Assembly: GCA_965116215.1 (NCBI GenBank)
Contig: OZ220494.1
Location: forward strand, 869,408 to 933,407
Source of the DNA: Bdellovibrionales bacterium
GTDB taxonomy: Bacteria > Bdellovibrionota > Bdellovibrionia > Bdellovibrionales > JAKFYE01
Length of the DNA stretch: 64,000 nucleotides
Direction of reading: 5' to 3'
Translations under genes and position numbers: made by a program
The notes under the pieces: model-generated
Told to the model about the DNA's origin: nothing
Seen by the model: the letters and a program-made list of their open reading frames with translations, nothing else
Database searches by the model: none
Shown here: positions 1-10,809 of the stretch, one piece after another
How the letters are laid out: the number at the start of each line of letters is the position of its first letter
Numbering within the stretch: position 1 is the first letter of the stretch

Positions 1-11
1 GTTGACTATTT

Positions 12-395
12 ATAAGATAGACAACAGGGAAGAGTTTTTCTGATGGCTTCCAAAATCTCAGATACCCTGTTCTTTAGGAAAAAGACTTTTATCTTCCCCT
101 TAAAGCTCAAACAGCTTTGAAGGGCGCAAAGCGTCTCTGCCGCAGGCTAAAAACGCAAGTTGGATAGTGCTCCATGCAGTCAAGCATAGAATAAACGATC
201 TCTCTACGGATACGCATTGCGCTTCAAAAAACTTGCTTTAAGAGAAAAATAAAAGCCTTTTTCTAACGCAGGCTAAAAACCCTGGCTGGATAGTGCTCGA
301 TACTATCACTATAGAATAAAAACGATCTCTCCACGAATACGCCCTGCGCCTCAGAGAACTCGTTTTGAAATCTTTAAGAAAAACTCCCACTTCCC
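12..395. repeat. Degenerate MITE-like intergenic element, inverted relative to the copy at 13710-13898, with an internal duplicated subunit
   Basis: 28-55 GGAAGAGTTTTTCTGATGGCTTCCAAAA is the near-exact reverse complement of 13870-13897; 266-385 is the reverse complement of most of 13715-13835; 209-263 matches the reverse complement of ~13568-13621. Confidence 0.8.
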
Positions 396-425
396 CTTTA
401 CTCAACTGAGTAAAATAAACAAATC

Positions 426-541
426 TGTCTGAATTTTGTCCGAAATGTCCGAATTTCTGAGTCACTCTATCGGACATTTTTTTAGAGTTATTCAAAATCT
501 TCATCATAACCCATTGAAATAATTAAACTCACAGTGTCCGA
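426..541. promoter_or_regulatory. Cluster of TGTCCGA/TCGGACA motifs, putative enhancer for a sigma54 activator
   Basis: TGTCCGA at 437, 446 and 535, TGTCTGA at 426, TCGGACA at 470; AAATGTCCGA..TCGGACATTT inverted pair; upstream of a sigma54-like promoter and an enhancer-binding-protein gene. Confidence 0.45.
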
Positions 542-546
542 TCTCA

Positions 547-562
547 CGGCATCCTATTTGTA
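547..562 (+). promoter_or_regulatory. sigma54-like -24/-12 promoter
   Basis: CGGCATCCTATTTGTA versus consensus TGGCAC-N5-TTGCW (GG-N10-GT rather than GC); AGGAGG RBS follows. Confidence 0.45.
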
Positions 563-594
563 TAGTTATTTTATCCAAAAAGGAGGCTTTTGCT

Positions 595-1869
595 ATGTCC
601 ACTCAAAACTTAGAACCCAAACAACACCTTACTCATGATAAAGTCGCTCTGATCTCCACCGGACACTCTGGGGTTCAAACCATAAAAGTTTCAGAATTTA
701 TGACTTTTGGCAGAGACCCTATGAACACAATATCTCTTTCGGATCCTTTTGTTTCCGCAAGACATGCTCGCATTGAAAGTACTAAAAAAGGATTTGTGTT
801 ACGTGATCTTCAAAGTCGTAATGGGACATTTCTCAATGGGGCACGTATTATTGAAGCTCTTCTAAAACCAGGAGATCGCCTTTCGATAGGTAAATGTGAA
901 TATCTATTTCAAAACAAAATACCTAAGAATACAGAAAATAGAATTTTAGAAAGTAAAAATATAAAATGGAATAACATCCTTAAAACACTTCCAGAATTTG
1001 CTCGAACAGATCTGCCTGTACTTCTTTTCGGTAACTCTGGTTCAGGGAAAGAAATTGTCGCCCAAGCCATTCACGAAAATTCAACACGCTCTCAAGGTCC
1101 ATTCGTCAGTGTGAACTGTTCAGCACTGAGTGATACATTGATTGAAAGTGAACTTTTTGGTCATAAAAAAGGAAGTTTTACAGGTGCTACCAGTGATCGA
1201 CAAGGGGCCTTTGAGGCAGCTCGGAAAGGAACTTTATTCCTTGATGAAATTGGAGATCTACCCATTACATTACAACCAAAACTTCTCCGTGCTCTAGAAA
1301 ATCGTGAAATAAGACCAGTTGGAAGTGATCGCAACTTTAAAACAGACGTTCGGATTATTGCAGCTACACATAAAAACCTACAAAAACAAATCTCTAAAGG
1401 ATTCTTTCGCTCTGATTTATTTTACAGACTTCATGTTATTAAAATACAAATCCCATCACTTAAAGAAAGAATGGAAGACTTTGACCTCCTCCTTTCTCAA
1501 TTTGCTAGAGAAATGCGTGTACGCTTTTCATACAACGCAATACAAAAACTAAAACAGCATTCATGGCCAGGAAATATCAGAGAACTAAAAAATGTTGTAG
1601 CCAGAGCATCTGCATTTTATCCAAAGATGGAGATTCTTCCCAAACATATAGACTCTTTAATTGATGAAATTCCTGGAACTCAACACACTTCTTTAGATCA
1701 GATAAAGAAAGAAAGAGGATCATTAAAGGAAATGGAACAAAGAATGATAAGAGAAAAACTGATTGAAACAAAGGGAAATCAACGACAAGCCGCTAAAGAA
1801 CTCGGGATCGCAAAAAGCACCCTTCATGATCGCATAAAGTCTTATGAGATAGATATTTCCTCTTTATAA
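595..1869 (+). CDS. FHA-domain sigma54-dependent transcriptional activator (FHA-AAA+-Fis HTH)
   Basis: FHA motifs FGR, VSARHA, SRNGTFLNG; Walker A GNSGSGKE; ESELFGHKKGSFTGA; LFLDEIG; WPGNIRELKN; C-terminal GNQRQAAKELGI HTH. Confidence 0.93.
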   Translation: MSTQNLEPKQHLTHDKVALISTGHSGVQTIKVSEFMTFGRDPMNTISLSDPFVSARHARIESTKKGFVLRDLQSRNGTFLNGARIIEALLKPGDRLSIGKCEYLFQNKIPKNTENRILESKNIKWNNILKTLPEFARTDLPVLLFGNSGSGKEIVAQAIHENSTRSQGPFVSVNCSALSDTLIESELFGHKKGSFTGATSDRQGAFEAARKGTLFLDEIGDLPITLQPKLLRALENREIRPVGSDRNFKTDVRIIAATHKNLQKQISKGFFRSDLFYRLHVIKIQIPSLKERMEDFDLLLSQFAREMRVRFSYNAIQKLKQHSWPGNIRELKNVVARASAFYPKMEILPKHIDSLIDEIPGTQHTSLDQIKKERGSLKEMEQRMIREKLIETKGNQRQAAKELGIAKSTLHDRIKSYEIDISSL

Positions 1870-2069
1870 CCTAAAGGAGATCTCGCATCTATTGTTCAAT
1901 TTATAAAGGCAGGTGTAGATATAGATTTAGAAGATAAATCTGGCCAAACTCTTCTCACGCTACTGTTTTGGAAAAAGGAACTTTACCGGTTAACTTTAAA
2001 GATGGAATAAAAACTCACTACCAACTTTCTGGAAAACTGTACAATCAAGTCTCAATCGCTACATTTTAG
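1870..2069 (+). pseudogene. Startless ankyrin-repeat remnant, frameshifted into a MORN-variant-like segment
   Basis: Manual translation: PKGDLASIVQFIKAGVDIDLEDKSGQTLL, then -1 frame HATVLEKGTLPVNFKDGIKTHYQLSGKLYNQVSIATF*. Confidence 0.55.
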
Positions 2070-4588
2070 GCATGAGCCACTTCCCAATTTTCGCCTGTCA
2101 CCACATTTACCTTTAAAGGAACGCTTAACTCCACAATATTTTCCATAATATCAATGATCTGAGGAGTCACGCTCTTAACCCCATCCTCTGAAGACTCAAA
2201 AACCAATTCATCATGAACTTGAATAAGCATATCCGCCTCTATAATTTTATCGAGTTCAATCATTGCTTTTTTTACGATATCACTTGCCGTCCCCTGTATA
2301 GGAGCATTGATAGCTGCACGCTCACCAAACTTAGATATATTTGCATTTTTAGACTTTAATTCTTGAATATAACGACGTCTACCAAATAACGAAGTCACAT
2401 AACCTTGTAACTTTGCTTTTTCCACTATAGAGTGCATATATTTTTGCACCCCTGGAAACTTTTTAAAATAATCCTTAATCACCAAAGAGGCTTTATCAAT
2501 AGATACATGCAAACGCTCCGATAAACCAAAAGGACTCATTCCATAGGCAATCCCAAAATTAACAACTTTTGCAATCCTCCTTTGCTCCATTGTTACACTC
2601 TTAAAAGATACATTAAAAATTTTAGATGCCGTAGCAGAATGAATATCTAAATCTCTATTAAAAGCCTCAATCATCTCTTTGTCTTTAGAAATATGTGCTA
2701 AAACTCTAAGTTCTATCTGACTATAGTCTGCTGAAATTAACACCTTCCCCTTATCAGCTATAAAAGCTCTGCGAATGGCACGCCCACGATCTGTACGGAT
2801 AGGAATATTTTGAAGATTTGGATTCGTACTCGATAAACGACCTGTGGTTGTCACCGCTTGATTGAAATGTGTATGTATACGACCTGTCTTTAAATCAATA
2901 AGCTTTGGCAAAGATTCAATATATGTACTTTTTAACTTACTCAACTCACGAAATTCTATTATCTTTTTACAAATAGGATTATTCAATTTTTCCAAAACAT
3001 CAGAGCTTGTACTATATCCTGTTTTTGTTTTCTTAATAACAGGCATCTTTAACTTCTGAAAGAGCACCTCAGAAAGTTGCTTTGGACTAGTCAAATTAAA
3101 ATTTTCTCCTGTATCTTTATAAACTTCCTCTTCTATTCTTAAAATGTCAGAAGAAATGGATCTATTTTGTGATTCAAGAACAGACTTATCGATAAGAAAT
3201 CCTTGGCTTTCCATTTTTGCTAAAATTCCAATCAACGGAAATTCAATCTCTTTAGCAATAAATAAAGATTGGTCTTTCTCTAAAGCATTTTTCAAGTATG
3301 CTTCTAGATCTAACTGAGCTATATAATATTGACTCGCTTCAAAATCTTCAGAAAGTTTTTTCCCGAGAAAACTCTCATAAATTTTTAAAAAAGAGCCCAC
3401 CTCACCTGACTTTAAAATATAAGCCCCTAAAAAATGATCCCAGAGAGTTTTGGGATTTTTAATATGAAACTGTCTATAAAACTCTTTTAGCTTATACCCT
3501 TTCCAAAATAATCGCTTTTTATTGAGAGCTTGACCTATATCCATAGGTTTTCCCTTTACAGAGAAAACCTTGCCATTAACACCTAATTTTAATTCAGGAT
3601 CACTGACTAAAACCCAAGCCTTTGCAAACTTTGGTATCGTTTTCTGTATTTCGTCGACATTAATAAAATTTTCTCTAATATATATCTTTTCAGACAGTCC
3701 TTTTACTTTCTTTTGGAATTTATCATTTTTACTCACCGTTTTATTTTCAAATAACCGACGCTCAAAACTCTGAAATTCCAATTCATTCAATAAAGATTTT
3801 AATTTCTCATTATTTCTATGTCGAATTTTAAGATCTTCTAATTGGACTCCAAGATCAACGTTAGTTCTAATAGTCACAAGATCTTTAGAAAGGTAGGCCA
3901 TCTTCTTATCTTTTAGCAGTTTTTTTTGCACACTCCCTTTAATGTTATTAATATTTTTATAAATCCCATCCAAATCATTATATTCCGTTAAAAGTTTCTG
4001 CGCCCCTTTTGGACCAATACCGTAAACACCCGGAATATTATCTGAACTATCTCCCACCAAAGCTAAATAATCTAGCATCTGCTCCGGAGGAACACCCCAC
4101 TTCTTCTGCACTCCCATAGAGTCATATTTGATGTCTTTCATAGTATCCAACATAGAGACATGGGAATCCACAAGCTGTGCAAAATCCTTATCACCACTGA
4201 CAATAATAACTTCAAGATTATTTTTACGCCCAAAACTCACAAGAGTTCCAATCACATCATCCGCTTCAAAGCCTACCTTCTCATATTGTGGAATCCCCAT
4301 ATACTCAGTGAGCTTTTTAATATATGGAATTTGAGGTACAAGATCCTCCGGCATTTCTACTCGATGACTTTTATAATCTTTATATATTTTTTTTCTAAAA
4401 CTCGGTTCCTTCACATCATTACAATATACAATGTAGTCTGGTTTAACATCTTTAAGCAACTTTACAGTCATAGACATAAAACCATACAAAGCATTTGTGG
4501 GTAAGCCGCTCTGAGTACTTAGAGGTCGAATAGCATAATAAGCACGAAAATACATTGAACTGACATCAACAACATATAACGTTTTCAT
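2066..4588 (-). CDS. polA: DNA polymerase I
   Basis: 5'-3' exonuclease motifs (FEADDVIGTL, SGDKD, GDSSDNIPGV) and family A polymerase motifs (TGRLSSTNPNLQNIP, DYSQIELRVLAH, QVHDELVFE); proofreading domain looks eroded. Confidence 0.98.
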   Translation of the reverse strand: MKTLYVVDVSSMYFRAYYAIRPLSTQSGLPTNALYGFMSMTVKLLKDVKPDYIVYCNDVKEPSFRKKIYKDYKSHRVEMPEDLVPQIPYIKKLTEYMGIPQYEKVGFEADDVIGTLVSFGRKNNLEVIIVSGDKDFAQLVDSHVSMLDTMKDIKYDSMGVQKKWGVPPEQMLDYLALVGDSSDNIPGVYGIGPKGAQKLLTEYNDLDGIYKNINNIKGSVQKKLLKDKKMAYLSKDLVTIRTNVDLGVQLEDLKIRHRNNEKLKSLLNELEFQSFERRLFENKTVSKNDKFQKKVKGLSEKIYIRENFINVDEIQKTIPKFAKAWVLVSDPELKLGVNGKVFSVKGKPMDIGQALNKKRLFWKGYKLKEFYRQFHIKNPKTLWDHFLGAYILKSGEVGSFLKIYESFLGKKLSEDFEASQYYIAQLDLEAYLKNALEKDQSLFIAKEIEFPLIGILAKMESQGFLIDKSVLESQNRSISSDILRIEEEVYKDTGENFNLTSPKQLSEVLFQKLKMPVIKKTKTGYSTSSDVLEKLNNPICKKIIEFRELSKLKSTYIESLPKLIDLKTGRIHTHFNQAVTTTGRLSSTNPNLQNIPIRTDRGRAIRRAFIADKGKVLISADYSQIELRVLAHISKDKEMIEAFNRDLDIHSATASKIFNVSFKSVTMEQRRIAKVVNFGIAYGMSPFGLSERLHVSIDKASLVIKDYFKKFPGVQKYMHSIVEKAKLQGYVTSLFGRRRYIQELKSKNANISKFGERAAINAPIQGTASDIVKKAMIELDKIIEADMLIQVHDELVFESSEDGVKSVTPQIIDIMENIVELSVPLKVNVVTGENWEVAHA

Positions 4589-4644
4589 AGACCTTCTTAG
4601 TAATAGAAAAATAACAGAGAATGAATATAATTTTGAATAAAATT

Positions 4645-4890
4645 TTACGTCTTTGCGGAAGACCCCTCAGTTGTTGTTTCTACAGGAGTTAAAACCTGGA
4701 CGTTCGAGGCCTGAGGGCCACGATCTGTTTCCAGAAGTTCAAACTTCACTTCTGTACCCTCTTCAAGTGTCCTAAAACCACCACCTTCAATAGCTGAATA
4801 ATGTACGAAAACATCCTGACCGCCAGCATCTTGCTCAATAAAGCCAAAGCCTTTGAAGCTATTAAACCATTTCACCCGACCTATAACCAT
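4645..4890 (-). CDS. Cold-shock protein (CspA family)
   Basis: [31 protein letters not shown]; start moved to ATG at 4890 behind an AGAGGA RBS. Confidence 0.95.
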   Translation of the reverse strand: MVIGRVKWFNSFKGFGFIEQDAGGQDVFVHYSAIEGGGFRTLEEGTEVKFELLETDRGPQASNVQVLTPVETTTEGSSAKT

Positions 4891-5056
4891 ATAACTTCCT
4901 CTGTTGTAAACCGTATAAATCCAGCCCCTACTGGTCAAGACAGAATCTTAGTTATATCGCAAACACAAACATTAATACAGCGTGTCTCAAGTCTTGTCCT
5001 TTTAAAGTAACAATCTTTGTATTTTGAAAAATACCTTCTTATAAAGACAAAACTCA

Positions 5057-5347
5057 TCACTCATTTGAAAAAATAAAAACGAGATCATTCTCCTCTACAA
5101 AATCAAACCTCTCAAGAGCTTGCTTTTCTATAAATTTAGGATCTTTAGACTCTAAGATTTGCCCTTCTAGTTTGACTATTGCAGACTTTACCTGACTAAT
5201 GCGTCCATTAATCTCTATTAATTCATTATTTAAACTCCAATAACGATAAAGAGTTCCATCAAGTATTAAAGTCATAAGAGATATCGCCCCACAAAATAGG
5301 AGCACACGGTATGGTCTATGGAGAAGCTCTCTACAAATACGAACCAT
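5057..5347 (-). CDS. Septum formation initiator (FtsB/DivIC family)
   Basis: Single TM helix, coiled coil, DPKFIEKQALERFDFVEENDLVFIF; near eno as is typical. Confidence 0.8.
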   Translation of the reverse strand: MVRICRELLHRPYRVLLFCGAISLMTLILDGTLYRYWSLNNELIEINGRISQVKSAIVKLEGQILESKDPKFIEKQALERFDFVEENDLVFIFSNE

Positions 5348-5549
5348 CTATTCTCATTTTATTGCGTATTGGAAGAACCCGATAGAAAAACAACCTCAAA
5401 CTGGACATCACCCCTACATAAGGACATAGATTTCTATTTTTACCACTGTTATTTTAAAACTAAAAACGAAAAGCCCCTCTTCAATAAAAGAGAGACTTCC
5501 GATGCGGTTCACACTAAAAGATCAATATTTATCCCTTTACCTTTTTTCA

Positions 5550-6563
5550 TTAAAAGGTGAAAGAGTAAGCTGTCTCTAGAAAGACTGCAGGACTAGTGCC
5601 ACCTTCATTTTCTCGTAAATACGCAAAACCCTTATTTTCTAAACTAGGTCCGAGTTGTGTAATACCAGCTCCAACAAAAACATTCTTAATCCCACTATAC
5701 GTCAGTGCTGTTTCAGTGATGGTATCAATTTTACGAGAATACCTTCCCTCTTCTGAAGAAGTATTATGATCCCATCTATGCCAAAGACCAACAAGCGAAT
5801 AAATAGAAACTGTATCCGAGAGCGGATACTCTCCCTTCAAGTAATGCCTATACCTAATCGCTGAATGACCCGTTCTATTTTCTAAAGTATCGGGCTTTTC
5901 CAAACCACTCACTTTATCCTTCTCTAAACTATAAGAGCGACTTTGAAAGTAAAAGCGTGGCTCAGCATAATAACTTAAAGATAACTTTCCAAGAGGTTTA
6001 GTCAAAGTATAGGCAATACGTAACATACCAATATGATCTGACTCACGAGAAGCCTCACTGATTGGAATATAAGCCCTAACATACCCCTTTTGCTTTAAAC
6101 CCCAAGGAAGGGCACCTAGATTACTCGAAGACAACATAAAATGAGGATCAAAAAAGTCAAAATTCAGCTTATCTTCCCACTGTGTTTGAAGATCAGTAGT
6201 GAAAGCAAGTGTCCATTTATCGTTTAACTTATACTTCAATCGTAAATACCAATCTGTAAAGGGAGTAGAGCCTGTTACACCAGCTTCCGTCCATGCATAA
6301 ACCTCTGCGCTCCACGGAGACAAAGTCACTTTCTCTTCCATTTCCATCTCTTCTGAATCAGGAGACACTTTATCCGTTGTCTCTGGCACTTTAACAGCCT
6401 TATCCTGCTGGGCCGCTTTTTTAATTCCTGCTGCCTTTTTCATGGTAGTAGAAGTTGTCGCTTTTGCCTGAGCTATTTGCACTTTCTCAAGTGCTGTTTC
6501 TTTCGCCTCTGCCAAAACATCCCCTGCAAATGTCAGACATATAGAAAATATAATAAATCTCAT
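5550..6563 (-). CDS. Putative outer-membrane beta-barrel protein of unknown function
   Basis: Signal peptide, low-complexity linker, alternating aromatic beta-strands, C-terminal YSFTF beta-signal. Confidence 0.65.
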   Translation of the reverse strand: MRFIIFSICLTFAGDVLAEAKETALEKVQIAQAKATTSTTMKKAAGIKKAAQQDKAVKVPETTDKVSPDSEEMEMEEKVTLSPWSAEVYAWTEAGVTGSTPFTDWYLRLKYKLNDKWTLAFTTDLQTQWEDKLNFDFFDPHFMLSSSNLGALPWGLKQKGYVRAYIPISEASRESDHIGMLRIAYTLTKPLGKLSLSYYAEPRFYFQSRSYSLEKDKVSGLEKPDTLENRTGHSAIRYRHYLKGEYPLSDTVSIYSLVGLWHRWDHNTSSEEGRYSRKIDTITETALTYSGIKNVFVGAGITQLGPSLENKGFAYLRENEGGTSPAVFLETAYSFTF

Positions 6564-6802
6564 GATTCTCTCCTTTAGCCCTAGAAGACTCTTCTTTTTT
6601 TAAACCCTTATTTGTCTCATGATATGTATTTCCCCCCTTGTATCTCAGCAATTAAAAACCAAGTCAAACTCTAAAAGTATTTAAAAAACCAACTCTCTGG
6701 CACAACTCCAACCATAAAGCTCTCAAAACACCTCTTTCCAATTTGATCTCAATGAACCATGCTGTTATGATGGTACCCCAAATCTTAACCTCTTTCTTAA
6801 TC

Positions 6803-8077
6803 TCAGGATAAGACCTCAAAAGCCTGTTTGCCTATATATTGTGCTTGGGCACCCAGCATCTCCTGAATACGCAAAAGTTGATTATACTTTGCCGTCCTTT
6901 CTCCTCGGCACAAACCTCCTGTTTTAATTTGAGAACACTGCAGGCCCACAGAGAGATCAGAAATTATTATGTCTTCTGTTTCCCCACTTCGATGGGACAT
7001 GATTGTTTTAAAACCAGCACTATGAGCTATTTCAACAGCTTGCTGTGTCTCAGTTAACGTCCCAATTTGATTGCACTTTACAAGTAAAGCATTGGCTGCT
7101 TTCTTCTCAATACCCCTTTGAATTCTCTTCGGGTGTGTGACAAAGAGATCATCCCCCACCAATTGCAGCCGATCTCCCATATTTTCAGTAAAATTCATCC
7201 ATGCAGACCAATCATCTTCGGCGAAACCATCTTCAATACTGACAATAGGAAAGCTATCACACCACCCCTTGTAAACTTCACCTAATTCTTCTGCACATAA
7301 TATTTTTCCTTCAAAAGAATACTGTCCATCTTTAAAAAATTCCGTTGAAGCCACATCTAATGCCAAATAAATATCTTCCCCTAAGATATAACCTGCCTTT
7401 TCAACGGCTTCAGCAATAATTTCTAATGCCTCTTTATTTTTAACCAAGCGAGGAGCAAAACCCCCTTCATCACCAACGGCAACAGAATACCCTTTTTCAT
7501 CCAGACGTTTTTTTAACATTTGAAAAACCTCAACCCCTGCACGCAACGATTCTGCAAAGCACTCTCCCACAATAGGGCAGATCATGAACTCTTGAATATC
7601 AATACCATTATTTGTATGTGCACCACCGTTAAGAATATTCATCAGAGGAACAGGTAAGAATCTGGCCCCCAGTCCACCTAATGACTGAAAGAGTGGTAAA
7701 TCTTTTTCCCGAGCAGCAGCTTTGGCAACAGCCCAAGACACCGCAAGTAAAGTATTGGCTCCCATTTTCGACTTATTTTCTGTTCCATCTAATTCTAAGA
7801 GAATTTTATCAATCTCCACTTGTTGATGAACATCCTGACCCTTAATATGCGACGCTATTTCTTCGTTGATATATTTAGTCGCCTGACAGACCCCCTGACC
7901 TCCATATCTGCTTCCCCCATCTCTCATTTCAAGGGCTTCATGTAGCCCTGTAGATGCCCCAGAGGGAACACTTGCTCGCCCAACATGGTATTTTTCAGTG
8001 AGAACATCCACTTCAACAGTTGGACAGCCACGACTATCTAATATCTCCCTTGCAAAAACCTTGATAATTTTTGACAT
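6803..8077 (-). CDS. eno: Enolase
   Basis: REILDSRG, VPSGASTG, VGDEGGFAP, LVGDDLFVT, SHRSGETED. Confidence 0.99.
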   Translation of the reverse strand: MSKIIKVFAREILDSRGCPTVEVDVLTEKYHVGRASVPSGASTGLHEALEMRDGGSRYGGQGVCQATKYINEEIASHIKGQDVHQQVEIDKILLELDGTENKSKMGANTLLAVSWAVAKAAAREKDLPLFQSLGGLGARFLPVPLMNILNGGAHTNNGIDIQEFMICPIVGECFAESLRAGVEVFQMLKKRLDEKGYSVAVGDEGGFAPRLVKNKEALEIIAEAVEKAGYILGEDIYLALDVASTEFFKDGQYSFEGKILCAEELGEVYKGWCDSFPIVSIEDGFAEDDWSAWMNFTENMGDRLQLVGDDLFVTHPKRIQRGIEKKAANALLVKCNQIGTLTETQQAVEIAHSAGFKTIMSHRSGETEDIIISDLSVGLQCSQIKTGGLCRGERTAKYNQLLRIQEMLGAQAQYIGKQAFEVLS

Positions 8078-8095
8078 AATTTATGTTCCATACCT

Positions 8096-9172
8096 TTAAG
8101 ATAAAGTGACAGGATGTTTTTTATCTTTTACAAAAGGCATAAGAGAAATTTGTGAAGGCTTTGTTTTTTCCTTCGCCCTATCTGCCTTGACCTGTCCCTG
8201 TAATTCATGACGCATATTAATGAGTGAACGAGACATCGACTCAATGAGTTCAGGTGATTTTTCTTGTATCTGATTCCAATCCAACCGCCTCATAGCTTCC
8301 TTAACTTGTAAATCCTGCCTCCCCTGTCCTACTAAAAGTGTTATAAGTTGATAGGATCTCAATAAATAATCATTTAATATCTGTGTTTTCTGCTGTAATT
8401 CCCAAAGCCGCTCATCCATCTTCTGAGAAGACATCTCTGTTACGCTGGCCAGTTTCTCCTTAAGCGAAGACTCAAGTTGTTTCTTAATGGATTCGAGTTC
8501 TGTATTTCTATCTATGAAAATTTTATTTTTAAATTCCAACTCTTTCTGTCCGATTTCTAGAGTCTTCACAAGCTTTTGTAAAAACTCTGGCTTCATATAC
8601 TTTTCAGATCCCTCTTCCCCCAAAAGACTCTTGCCTTTTTCAGACCAAAAGATTTTAACCCTTTCATTGTTCCACTCGATAGTTGCCAAACCTCGTCCCA
8701 TAAAAAGTGGAAGAGTGATTATCACTGACTGCATAAAAGATTTTGTCTTTGGGAAACAATCCAGCTCAGAAGAGATATGAAACTCTACACCTATTCCGGG
8801 GAGACCTTCAGATGATATTATATCTTTTCTAATAAGTTCAGAAACTTGAGGATGAGGTTGGAAAAAGTAAGAAAAAAATCTCTCTGGTTGAATAAAAAGA
8901 TCTATCGGGCTATCCATCATTTGCAAAACCCCATTAAGTACGCCCCAGGCTTGGAGTTCCACACTGGCTTTACCAACTTCTGCGACTTTAAACCCTGTCT
9001 TATCCTCAAACTCCTCTAGAAAATCCTCCATTTGATGAGAATCTACCCAAAAAGAAGAATCCCTAAGAAATTCATTTGAAACATCAGAAAGAGCATTGAA
9101 CTCAAGCCCCTTAAAGTTTTGCTTCTCAAGATAAACAAGAATAGAATTTGAAATCTTACTGCTTGTGTGCAT
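8096..9172 (-). CDS. Hypothetical protein: sensor-like N-terminus plus coiled coil, no kinase motifs visible
   Basis: 358-aa ORF co-oriented with and 18 bp from eno; heptad-rich C-terminal half. Confidence 0.6.
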   Translation of the reverse strand: MHTSSKISNSILVYLEKQNFKGLEFNALSDVSNEFLRDSSFWVDSHQMEDFLEEFEDKTGFKVAEVGKASVELQAWGVLNGVLQMMDSPIDLFIQPERFFSYFFQPHPQVSELIRKDIISSEGLPGIGVEFHISSELDCFPKTKSFMQSVIITLPLFMGRGLATIEWNNERVKIFWSEKGKSLLGEEGSEKYMKPEFLQKLVKTLEIGQKELEFKNKIFIDRNTELESIKKQLESSLKEKLASVTEMSSQKMDERLWELQQKTQILNDYLLRSYQLITLLVGQGRQDLQVKEAMRRLDWNQIQEKSPELIESMSRSLINMRHELQGQVKADRAKEKTKPSQISLMPFVKDKKHPVTLS

Positions 9173-9419
9173 AACAAGTTCTTCTAACCTGAAAACCTAA
9201 AATTGACACGATTTAATCTATCCCTTAATGCATTGCTATCTCCACAAAGAAAATTTAAATTCTATACACTATAAAATAATCAAAAACCCTTCGATCGGGG
9301 CAAAAATAAAGATTTCACCCAGAGACATGACAAGTGGCAAAATATTTTTAAATCGCTGTTTTCTTTGGACAATATCTTCAAGTTGTTGTCGAATATAAAA
9401 AGCTCCGGAGGACTGTACT

Positions 9420-10754
9420 TTGCGTTCAGAAAATCATCGTATAGTTGTCATTGACACCAATGTTATTTTGTTTGATGCACAAGCTATTTATAAATTCCAT
9501 CACTCTGACATCCACGTTCCCATTTCCGTCATTGAAGAAATTGATAGATTTAAACGTGAACTTGGTGAGAACGGTAGAAATGCTAGGCAATTTAGTCGTT
9601 TAATGGATATTCTAAGAGCTGGTGGAAGCCTACGACATGGTGTAAAACTTGAACAAACTCAATCGAAAGTTTTTGTAGATATGGATCTGGACCTGAATGA
9701 TATTTCTTCAGGAGATTTAGATCTAGAAAAAGCCGACAATCGCATATTAGCCTGTGCCATGACTCTACAAGCCGCCAACAAAGACTGCGTTGTTGAGCTT
9801 ATTACAAAAGATACGAACTTAAGAATTAAAGCCGATGTCTATGGCATTGCAGCTAAAGATTATGAACCAGACGCTGTTCAGATTGATGAACTGTATGCTG
9901 GGTATATTGAAATGAATGTAGAACATGATCTTATTAATGAGTTCTATCAATCAAAGATCATGGTAGATTTAGACTTTTCTCATCTGTACGCCAATCAGTA
10001 CGTTATTATGAAGGACAAAACAAATCCCAATCATAGTGCGATTGGCCGATTCAGTAGAGCACAAAAGGGGATCGTTCCTCTTATTCGTCCCAATGAAAGT
10101 ATATGGGGTATATACCCCAAAAATGTAGAACAAAGTTTTGCTTTAGATTGTCTCTTAAATGATGAGATTTCATTTATTTCTTTAGTTGGAAAAGCCGGAA
10201 CGGGAAAAACCCTTCTTGCTCTAGCCGCCGGCTTATTAAAGACCTTAGATGAAGGGGCTTTTCAAAGGCTGTTAGTCAGCCGACCTATTTTTCCTATGGG
10301 ACGCGATATTGGTTATCTCCCTGGTGATGTCGAACAAAAACTTAATCCATGGATGCAACCCATATTTGATAATGTAGAATTTTTAATGGGGGCAGAGGCT
10401 TCACATAAAAAGGCAGCTGGACGTGCGCAAGAACTCATTAGTCAAGGTATGTTAAATATAGAACCACTGACTTATATAAGGGGTAGAAGCATTCCTCACC
10501 AATATCTTATTGTAGATGAAGCTCAAAATTTAACCCCACATGAAATTAAAACTATAGTCACTCGTGCAGGTGACGGGACAAAAGTTGTTTTAACTGGAGA
10601 TTGTTACCAAATTGACAATCCATATGTTGACTCCGCCAATAGTGGGTTAACATACTCTGTTGAAAAGTTTAAAGAACAAGAAATCTCTGGACATGTCACC
10701 TTGTCTAAAGGCGAGCGTTCAGAACTTGCAGAACTGGCCTCCAATCTGCTTTAG
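9420..10754 (+). CDS. PIN-PhoH fusion (PhoH2 family)
   Basis: PIN VIDTNV and ADNRIL; GKAGTGKT; GYLPGD; YIRGRS; DEAQNLT. Confidence 0.95.
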   Translation: MRSENHRIVVIDTNVILFDAQAIYKFHHSDIHVPISVIEEIDRFKRELGENGRNARQFSRLMDILRAGGSLRHGVKLEQTQSKVFVDMDLDLNDISSGDLDLEKADNRILACAMTLQAANKDCVVELITKDTNLRIKADVYGIAAKDYEPDAVQIDELYAGYIEMNVEHDLINEFYQSKIMVDLDFSHLYANQYVIMKDKTNPNHSAIGRFSRAQKGIVPLIRPNESIWGIYPKNVEQSFALDCLLNDEISFISLVGKAGTGKTLLALAAGLLKTLDEGAFQRLLVSRPIFPMGRDIGYLPGDVEQKLNPWMQPIFDNVEFLMGAEASHKKAAGRAQELISQGMLNIEPLTYIRGRSIPHQYLIVDEAQNLTPHEIKTIVTRAGDGTKVVLTGDCYQIDNPYVDSANSGLTYSVEKFKEQEISGHVTLSKGERSELAELASNLL

Positions 10755-10809
10755 AAAAGACACTCGTCCTACCGATCAATTTGACAAGAAGATTCATTGG
10801 AGAAAGAGT

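Noticed and set aside
120-152. GGGCGCAAAGC resembling part of a c-di-GMP-I riboswitch
   Set aside because: Other aptamer elements are missing, and the segment is a degenerate part of the repeat family
238-507. 89-aa minus-strand ORF
   Set aside because: Runs across the repeat element and regulatory motifs; no protein features
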